From contig NZ_MWQY01000001.1 of assembly GCF_002087085.1 (NCBI RefSeq), forward strand, positions 62,001-126,000: a stretch of DNA of 64,000 nucleotides, written 5' to 3'. The notes beneath the pieces are model-generated. The model ran no database searches, had not been told where the DNA came from, and was given only the letters and a program-made list of their open reading frames with translations. The position numbers were made by a program, and so were the translations under genes. Every line of letters begins with the position of its first letter. Position 1 is the stretch's first letter. Of this stretch, positions 57,159-64,000 are shown in pieces.

Positions 57159-58586
57159 CTACTGAACGGGAGCCAGAGCTTCTTTTTTGGGCAGTTTCAG
57201 CAGGAAGAGGGTAAGCAGCGCTGCGGCCGCAATCAGTCCCACAGGATAGGAGATTGTTGTGGGAAGCCGGAGTCCCTCCGGGGCCTGGAGTATATAGGTT
57301 GTAACCACAGCGGTCATGAAGGTTGCAGGAGCTGTGGCCAGCCAGTGAAAGCGTCTGTTTACTGCCAGGTATGCAGCGGCAGCCCAGAGGACGATGGTGG
57401 CCAGGGTCTGGTTCGACCAGGCGAAGTAGCGCCAGATAATCGAGAAGTCGATGAAGGTCAGGATAAACCCGACACCCAGAAGCGGGATCGCCAGGAGGAG
57501 CCTGCTTTTTATGGGGGCCTGGTCCAGATTGATGGAGTCGGCGATGGTAAGCCGTGCGGAACGGAAGGCGGTGTCGCCGGAGGTAATGGGACAGGCTATA
57601 ACACCCAGAATGGCAAGAATTCCGCCTATTGTGCCGAGAAGCCCGATGGATACGCGGTTGACCACGAGGCCGGTGCCTCCCTCCGCCAGGGTAGCCTGGA
57701 GACCCGCAATGCCTCCGTCAAAGAATGTCATGGCGGCAGCTGCCCAGATCAGTGCGATTATGCCTTCACCCACCATGGCGCCGTAGAAAACCCTGCGACC
57801 GTACTTCTCATTGGGGAGACAACGGGACATGATGGGCGACTGGGTTGAGTGGAAGCCGGAAATAGCGCCGCAGGCTATGGTGATAAAAAGCATGGGCCAC
57901 ATGGAGAGCCCTTTCGGGTGCATGTTGGAAAGGGAGATCTCGGGTATCGGCATGGCACCGAAGATGAGAGCTCCTCCGATTCCGATTGCCATAATCAGGA
58001 GAACCGCTCCGAAAAGCGGGTACAGGCGGCCGATTACCTTATCCACCGGAATGATGGTGGCAAGGAAATAATAGGCCAGGATCAGTACGAGCCAGAAGCT
58101 CTTCTGGGCGAATATTCCACCCATTCCCAGGTTCGCGAGAAGTCCCGCGGGTCCGTACATGAATACCGTACCTACCAGTACCAGCAGGACGACGGAAAAT
58201 ACCCGCATTACCATCCGGATCTTGTCGCCCAGGTAAAACCCGACGATTTCCGCAACACTTTTTCCGTCGTGCCGGATGGAAAGCATTCCGGAAAAGTAGT
58301 CGTGAACTCCACCGGCGAAGATGGTACCAAGCACGATCCAGAGAAAGGCGGCGGGCCCGAAGAGGGCTCCCATGATGGCGCCGAAAATCGGTCCGAGGCC
58401 TGCAATGTTCAGGAGCTGTATAAGGAAGATCTTATACCAGGGAAGCTCCACATAATCGATGCCGTCGGCTCTGGTCAGGGCGGGGGTCTTTCTGGAGGGA
58501 TCCACGCCGAATACCTTGTCGACAAAGGCGCCGTAGACAAAGTAGCCCCCGATCAAAACGGCCAGGGAGAGAAGAAAGCTTATCAT
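57159..58586 (-). CDS. cstA: Carbon starvation CstA-family transporter
   Basis: TPA....DG.DY, IAGLGPIFG, GGVHDY, TIACGAISGFH.TQ, TSGDTA.R. Confidence 0.93.
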   Translation of the reverse strand: MISFLLSLAVLIGGYFVYGAFVDKVFGVDPSRKTPALTRADGIDYVELPWYKIFLIQLLNIAGLGPIFGAIMGALFGPAAFLWIVLGTIFAGGVHDYFSGMLSIRHDGKSVAEIVGFYLGDKIRMVMRVFSVVLLVLVGTVFMYGPAGLLANLGMGGIFAQKSFWLVLILAYYFLATIIPVDKVIGRLYPLFGAVLLIMAIGIGGALIFGAMPIPEISLSNMHPKGLSMWPMLFITIACGAISGFHSTQSPIMSRCLPNEKYGRRVFYGAMVGEGIIALIWAAAAMTFFDGGIAGLQATLAEGGTGLVVNRVSIGLLGTIGGILAILGVIACPITSGDTAFRSARLTIADSINLDQAPIKSRLLLAIPLLGVGFILTFIDFSIIWRYFAWSNQTLATIVLWAAAAYLAVNRRFHWLATAPATFMTAVVTTYILQAPEGLRLPTTISYPVGLIAAAALLTLFLLKLPKKEALAPVQ

Positions 58587-58657
58587 TCGATAACCTCCTT
58601 GAAGTTGGAATTTGAGGCATCCTACTGTCTGTTTTCAGGATTGTGGGGGACGGGGGC

Positions 58658-58688
58658 ATGAAATGCCGAAATTCCGGCATGAAATGCC
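58658..58688 (-). promoter_or_regulatory. LytTR operator direct repeat
   Basis: GGCATTTCAT-N11-GGCATTTCAT between the LytTR gene and cstA. Confidence 0.85.
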
Positions 58689-58702
58689 TTGCCTGCGGTG
58701 AT

Positions 58703-59449
58703 TTACAGGTTCAGTCGCTTGCGAAACTCCCCGATGTGGCTCCGGGAGACGGGTATCATCTCTGCAGTTCCTGCCAGGCGGAGCATAAAGGTATTGTTGA
58801 CCCACAGATCAATGCGTTCCACCAGGGATATGTTTACAATATAACTGCGGTGACAATGGAGAAAGTCCGGGTGGGTCAGCTGCTCCTCGATCTGCCAGAA
58901 GGTGCCGTGGTAGAAGAACTCGCCCCTGTTGCTGACAATACGGACCTCCCTTCCCCGGGCTTCCACAAAGATAATATCCTGCTGCTTAAGGGGTACGATA
59001 GTCTCACCGGCGTACAGGGGCAGGGGTTTATGGTCCGCCTGTACAGGTGCATGGAGACGGCTTATAAGGCGTTCCAGATCCTCCACCGAGGGCTGGCGGG
59101 TTTTTACCCGTTTCAGGGTTTTATTGAGGCGTTCCTGGGAGACGGGTTTTACCAGATAGTCCAGGGCATGGACTTCGAAGGCCTGAAGGGCAAACTCGTC
59201 ATAGGCGGTCTGGAAGATTATCGTGGGAGGGTTTTCCAGCCGGAGTATTTCCCTGGCCGCTTCGATTCCGTTTTTACCGGGCATCTGAATGTCCAGAAAC
59301 ACCAGGTCCGGTTTCAGTTCCCGGGACAGTTCAAGGGCGGCGAAGCCGTTTTCACCTTCTCCCACTATCGTCATGCCGCCTGCCTCTTCCAGGAGAAAGC
59401 GTATCTCCTCCCTGGCCAGGGGTTCGTCGTCGACGATGAGTACCCGCAC
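58703..59449 (-). CDS. LytTR-family response regulator
   Basis: Receiver (VDDE, FLDIQMP, DYLVKP) plus F..CHRSYIVN, IPVSR; GTG start re-called to 59449. Confidence 0.95.
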   Translation of the reverse strand: MRVLIVDDEPLAREEIRFLLEEAGGMTIVGEGENGFAALELSRELKPDLVFLDIQMPGKNGIEAAREILRLENPPTIIFQTAYDEFALQAFEVHALDYLVKPVSQERLNKTLKRVKTRQPSVEDLERLISRLHAPVQADHKPLPLYAGETIVPLKQQDIIFVEARGREVRIVSNRGEFFYHGTFWQIEEQLTHPDFLHCHRSYIVNISLVERIDLWVNNTFMLRLAGTAEMIPVSRSHIGEFRKRLNL

Positions 59450-59450
59450 C

Positions 59451-61163
59451 TCAGGCTCCCACGGACGCTGTGGCCGGCGCAGGAACGGCAAAGCCCACGG
59501 TGGTGCCTTCTCCCGGAACACTGCTTATCATGAGCCCGCTGCCGTAGAGATACTCCAGACGTTCGTTTACATTCCGCAGCCCGATGCTGTCGCTGGTATC
59601 TCCAGGATTCAGGGCCCGTTTGAGTTTTTCGGGATTCATTCCGACACCGTCGTCCCGGACCTCAAAACAGATCGACTCCCCCTGACGCCAGGCGGAGAGC
59701 CGTATTTTCCCTCCCTGAAGTTTGCCTGCTATCCCGTGCTTGACGGCATTCTCCACAATCGGCTGCAGGGTCAGGGGCGGAAGCAGGGTGTTCTCGGGGG
59801 CCTCCACGGCATATTCTATGCTGAGCTTGTCGCCGAAGCGGCTTTTTTCTATTTCCAGATAGGAACGGATGTACCGGAGCTCCTCTTCCAGGGGAATGTG
59901 ATTTTCCGGCTTTTTCAGCGAGCGTCGCAACAGTTCGCTCAAGGAGATCAGGAGCTCCCGGGCCTGCCGGGGTTTGGTCCGGATGAGGGATGTTATGGTT
60001 GTAAGGGCATTGAAAAGAAAATGGGGTCTGATCTGGCTTTGCAGGGCCTGCAGCTCCGCCGTTGCCAGCAGCTCCGACTGCCGCTGGAGTTCACTGACCT
60101 CGATCTGGGTGGAAAAGAGGGTGGCCAGTCCCAGGGCAACCTCCGTATCCACGGAGTTGACCGTTCTGCGACCGGTACGATAGAGCTTGAGGGTCCCGAC
60201 GGTCTCTCCCTTGACCTTCAGAGGCACAATTACCGCGGAACTCAGGGGGCAGCCCTCTTCCGAGCAGCCTATCTCCTCCTTCGTGCCGGCCACGCGGTAT
60301 GACCCGCTCTGAATAACCTCACGGGTCAGGTTTGTTCGAAGGGGTTCCAGGGCTTTATGATGGTTCTCGCCGGCGCCCTTGTGGGCGAGGCATTTTTCCC
60401 TGTTCGTCAGGGAGACTGCAGAGACCTTGAGGTTTTTCAGGATAATTGACGCCGCTATTGCGGCCGTCTCCGGTGTGAATCCTGAACGCAGGAATTCGGT
60501 AGTCTCCCGTGCGGTTGCCAGGACCCGGTGCGACTGCCTGACGGCGATACGTTCTTCTTCGCGGAAGGCATCCTCCGAAACCGCGATGAACATACCGATG
60601 CCCACGGCGTTTCCCAGAACCATGGGAACGGCTATTATCTGGACAAGCTGCAGGGCTTCTGCAAAAGGTCTGGCGATCAGAAGTATCAGGAGCATCTGCA
60701 CCAGTTCCGCCGTGGCCCCCCATCGGGCGGCGAAGAGCCATTTGTTCTCCGCCCTGCGAAAACGGGGACTCAGGAATCCGGCGATAAGCCCTTCGGTAAT
60801 GGTGGACACCATGCATGCCACGGAGGTGAAACCTCCGATATCGATGGACCAGCGATGGAACCCCGCCAGTATTCCTGCTGTGATCCCCACCAGAGGACCT
60901 CCCAGAAGTCCCCCCACAAAAACTCCCACTACCCGGGCATTCGCCAGGGCTCCCATTATCGGAATTCCCGTGTATGTGCCCAGAATACCGATGCCGGAAA
61001 AAAAGAGAAGAAGTACGATGATCTCACGAGGCCTGGGACTGGTAGCAAGAACCATTCTTTTAAGACCGCGTATTCTGGTCAGTAAAAAGGCGAAAAAGAG
61101 AATCAAGCCTCCCTGGCTTACCAGATTGCGCAGCAGTATGATTACCTGATTATCGAAGTGCAT
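59451..61163 (-). CDS. LytS/YpdA/BtsS-type sensor histidine kinase
   Basis: 5TM-LYT (ANAR..G...GGL.GGP), GAF, LQSQIRPHFLFNAL, LQPIVENAVKHG; start re-called to 61163. Confidence 0.95.
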   Translation of the reverse strand: MHFDNQVIILLRNLVSQGGLILFFAFLLTRIRGLKRMVLATSPRPREIIVLLLFFSGIGILGTYTGIPIMGALANARVVGVFVGGLLGGPLVGITAGILAGFHRWSIDIGGFTSVACMVSTITEGLIAGFLSPRFRRAENKWLFAARWGATAELVQMLLILLIARPFAEALQLVQIIAVPMVLGNAVGIGMFIAVSEDAFREEERIAVRQSHRVLATARETTEFLRSGFTPETAAIAASIILKNLKVSAVSLTNREKCLAHKGAGENHHKALEPLRTNLTREVIQSGSYRVAGTKEEIGCSEEGCPLSSAVIVPLKVKGETVGTLKLYRTGRRTVNSVDTEVALGLATLFSTQIEVSELQRQSELLATAELQALQSQIRPHFLFNALTTITSLIRTKPRQARELLISLSELLRRSLKKPENHIPLEEELRYIRSYLEIEKSRFGDKLSIEYAVEAPENTLLPPLTLQPIVENAVKHGIAGKLQGGKIRLSAWRQGESICFEVRDDGVGMNPEKLKRALNPGDTSDSIGLRNVNERLEYLYGSGLMISSVPGEGTTVGFAVPAPATASVGA

Positions 61164-61270
61164 AGAATTACCGGGGTCAGAATACAACAAAGACAAAGGC
61201 TTCTCAAGCATCAATCTTCTATAGTAGTATTTGAAGGTGCCCATACGTTTTTAACTGGAGGTTCTTTGAT

Positions 61271-61477
61271 ATGGTCAGCAGCGGTGAGTTTTTCTCCGTC
61301 CCCATAGGACAGGCTCTGGTTCAGCAGGGAGAATTAAGCAGAGAGCAGGTTGATCAGGTACTGCAGATGCAGAAGAATGGCGATAAGCGTCTCTTTGGCG
61401 AAATAGCTGTGGACATGGGATATCTCGATTTATTAACGGTAATCCGCTACCTGGAAGCCGAAGACAGAGGAGAATAG
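61271..61477 (+). CDS. 68-aa stand-alone MshEN-like protein
   Basis: IGQALVQQGELSREQVDQVLQMQ...LFGEIAVDMGYL tandem motif; GGAGG RBS. Confidence 0.7.
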   Translation: MVSSGEFFSVPIGQALVQQGELSREQVDQVLQMQKNGDKRLFGEIAVDMGYLDLLTVIRYLEAEDRGE

Positions 61478-61482
61478 GCTCC

Positions 61483-63099
61483 TCAGCCCGCTTTGCAGGT
61501 AATAGTAATCTTTACGCCGCGCGTGTTCTCTATTTCCAGCGAACCATCCAATTGACGGACAAGGGCGTCAATCAGTTTGAGGCCAAGCCCGGAACCCTTT
61601 TCTGTTTTAATATGCTCAGGCAATCCGGATCCGTTGTCCCTGTAAACAAGTCTCAGTGATGAATCGCCTCCTTTCGACACCTTCAGCCTGATCTGCCCCT
61701 CCGGAGTTTCGTTGAATGCGTGTTTCATGGAATTTGTAATCAGTTCGGTAATAATAATCCCAAGAGGAGTCATGACCTTTGGCTTTATTTTCAGATTCTC
61801 CACATCAACGGAGCAGTTTATACCGGGTCTCGGCGGAAAGGAATCCGCTATTCTCTGTACCAGGGGAGGGATGAAATCATTTGCATTGAGTTCACGATAG
61901 TTCTCCGAACGGTACAGCTGTTCGTAGAGCAGCATCATGGTCTGCAGCCTGCCGGCAGCATCCTTGAGAATATTCCGGCTGTTTTTGTCTTCCAGGGAGC
62001 GGGACTGAATTGACAGCAGGCTGTGGATCATGTTCATGTTGTTCTTTATGCGATGGTGGGTTTCCTGGAGAAGCAGTTCCTTTTCCCTGAGCAGGTTCTG
62101 GAGCTCCTGTCTGCTGTTCCGCAGATCCTCCTCAATTTTCTGTCTCTTCAGTGCAATGCTTGCCTGTCGTACGAAAGCCTCTATGGTTTCGCTGTTCTTT
62201 ATGGTGTTCCCCCTTTTCATGAGGAATGTGGAGGTCGCATATATCTGTTTGTCCACCATAAAGGCCATTCCGTATATACTGCCTATCTGAAAAAAACTTT
62301 CCAGGGCGCTGCAGACCCTTTTGGGAATTCCCCCGAAGGTCAGCTCATGGAGTCCCCCGGAGAACTCTTCGAGTTTTCCGCCTGCAAGTTCAAATATGGA
62401 TGAATCCACCCTGTAGGTATTTCCGACGGGATTGAGACCCATTATGGAAATCAGCCTGTCGTACCTGTTTCCCACCCCCAGCAGGGCCTCCGTGGTCAGA
62501 ACCCCCTCGTTCTGGTTAACCGAGTTAACCGTGATGTATGCCTCCGGGACCAGGGTGTGAAGGCATTCGCCTATGTACCTGTAGATGTTCCGGTCCACCG
62601 CGGTGTCTATGAACTGAACTGCCGTGTCGGCAAGGAACCTGATATTCCTGAGCTGCTCATTCGCGGCCCCTTCGGCGGATTCCTTCCGGGCGTTCTCCTT
62701 TTTCAGCTGGCTCTGGGTTTCAAACAATTCGAAGGCCATGTTTATGGATTCAATCAAAACGAACTCGCCGGCGTACTTGAGAACATAGCCGTACCTGGCG
62801 ATTCCCCGCACCTGGTCTACCATCTCCTTTTCCGCGTGATTGGTACAGAAGATTATGGGAAGATCCCGTAAGGTCAGGATCTTTTCTGCGGTTCCGGTGC
62901 CATCCGGTTTTCCCGGTCCCAGATCGATATCCATAAGGACCATATTTATTGAAGGGTCCCTTTTTATGCATTCAATGGCCTGTGCCCCGCTGTTTGCCGG
63001 TATGACCGCAAAACCGTACTCCTCGAGGGTCAGTTTCTGACTTGCAGCCACCAGGACTTCATCTTCTACAAGGAGGATTGTTTTTTGTGCCGCAGTCAT
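61483..63099 (-). CDS. Cytoplasmic hybrid sensor: receiver + GAF-like + HisKA_2 histidine kinase
   Basis: LVEDE, LMDIDL, ETHHRIKNN, ELITNSMKHAF, DNGSG, GLGL; start re-called to 63099. Confidence 0.9.
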   Translation of the reverse strand: MTAAQKTILLVEDEVLVAASQKLTLEEYGFAVIPANSGAQAIECIKRDPSINMVLMDIDLGPGKPDGTGTAEKILTLRDLPIIFCTNHAEKEMVDQVRGIARYGYVLKYAGEFVLIESINMAFELFETQSQLKKENARKESAEGAANEQLRNIRFLADTAVQFIDTAVDRNIYRYIGECLHTLVPEAYITVNSVNQNEGVLTTEALLGVGNRYDRLISIMGLNPVGNTYRVDSSIFELAGGKLEEFSGGLHELTFGGIPKRVCSALESFFQIGSIYGMAFMVDKQIYATSTFLMKRGNTIKNSETIEAFVRQASIALKRQKIEEDLRNSRQELQNLLREKELLLQETHHRIKNNMNMIHSLLSIQSRSLEDKNSRNILKDAAGRLQTMMLLYEQLYRSENYRELNANDFIPPLVQRIADSFPPRPGINCSVDVENLKIKPKVMTPLGIIITELITNSMKHAFNETPEGQIRLKVSKGGDSSLRLVYRDNGSGLPEHIKTEKGSGLGLKLIDALVRQLDGSLEIENTRGVKITITCKAG

Positions 63100-63263
63100 T
63101 TGTTTCCTTTCGCAGTCGCAGTTGTACCGGCGAATACCCGTATCCGACAGCAGAATATATCTTATAGTATAGCTGTTTACGGCATTTTTACAAACAGGTG
63201 GAATACCGGAAGATTCGATAAATCTTGACACCCCTTCGAGTTCGACGGTACTATGCTAATCCT

Positions 63264-64000
63264 ATGACAGGCAATGAACTACGAAGCAAATATCTTGATT
63301 TCTTCAGGCGCCACGGCCATGCCGTTATTTCCGGCGCAAGTCTAATACCCGAGAACGATCCCACCGTTCTCTTTACCACCGCCGGGATGCACCCTCTTGT
63401 ACCCTACATCCTTGGTGAGCCCCATCCGGCGGGAACCCGGCTGACGGATGTGCAGAAGTGTATCCGAACCGGCGACATAGACGCTGTGGGGGATCCCAGT
63501 CATCTTACCTTTTTCGAGATGCTGGGAAACTGGTCCCTGGGGGATTATTTCAAGGATGAGGCCATACGGATGAGTTACGAGTTTCTCACCTCTCCGGAAT
63601 GGCTGGGAATCAGCCCGGACAAGCTGAGTGTAACGGTGTTTGCCGGAGACGATGATGCCCCCCGGGACGATGAGTCCGCATCTGTATGGCGTTCCCTGGG
63701 AATTCCCGAAGAGCGCATTTACTATCTGCCGAAAGAAGACAACTGGTGGGGGCCCGCCGGCCAGACGGGACCCTGCGGCCCCGACAGCGAGATGTTCATG
63801 GACACCGGCAGGGAGGCCTGCGGCCCGGACTGCCGGCCAGGCTGCCACTGCGGGAAGTACTTCGAGGTATGGAACGACGTGTTCATGCAGTACAACAAGC
63901 AGGCCGACGGTACATATGCAAAACTGCAGCGGAAATGCGTTGATACCGGCATGGGAATCGAACGGACCATAACGATTCTTCAGGGTAAGGCCTCGGTGTA
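63264..64000 (+). CDS. alaS: Alanine--tRNA ligase (5' part, runs off the window; not in ORF track)
   Basis: [59 protein letters not shown]. Confidence 0.97.
   Translation, partial: MTGNELRSKYLDFFRRHGHAVISGASLIPENDPTVLFTTAGMHPLVPYILGEPHPAGTRLTDVQKCIRTGDIDAVGDPSHLTFFEMLGNWSLGDYFKDEAIRMSYEFLTSPEWLGISPDKLSVTVFAGDDDAPRDDESASVWRSLGIPEERIYYLPKEDNWWGPAGQTGPCGPDSEMFMDTGREACGPDCRPGCHCGKYFEVWNDVFMQYNKQADGTYAKLQRKCVDTGMGIERTITILQGKASV

Noticed and set aside
61219..61246. Third sigma-28 promoter before the MshEN-like gene
   Set aside because: GCCCATAC matches only 6 of 8 with a poor -35; a sigma70-like TAGTAT explains it as well
1..64000. tRNA, rRNA, prophage, integrase or defence genes
   Set aside because: None recognised; nearly all sequence is accounted for by housekeeping, envelope and signalling CDS

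Overview
A gene-dense, moderately GC-rich core-chromosome segment, most likely from a free-living spirochaete (Spirochaetaceae-like). The assignment rests on a SpiroCoCo-type coiled-coil protein, the rpsT-HU-lnt-bactofilin-rho-rpmE gene order and an orphan FliG paralogue. It carries about 60 CDS: a TPR / beta-barrel / ExbB / ExbD / TonB envelope operon, grpE-dnaK-dnaJ, purF-M-N-D-E, lepB, dusB, tatD, M23 peptidase-bactofilin-YaaR-RicT, rho, galK-surE, glutaredoxin plus ferredoxin-thioredoxin-reductase catalytic subunit, a cobalamin-riboswitch-controlled TonB receptor, prfC, prfA-prmC-rel-rlmI, a LytS/LytTR-CstA module and the 5' part of alaS. I saw no tRNA, rRNA, CRISPR array, prophage or transposase. 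Signals not captured by the ORF track: (1) two small 4-Cys proteins with their own expression signals; (2) about 11 genes with promoter geometry typical of leaderless mRNAs; (3) two sigma-28-like promoters ahead of uncharacterised genes; (4) a tandem pair of MITE-like elements, one with a 4-bp target duplication; (5) an exact YpdB-type LytTR operator upstream of cstA; (6) stand-alone MshEN-like and cyclase-tail-like mini-proteins. All calls come from reading the sequence by eye; no database search was run.
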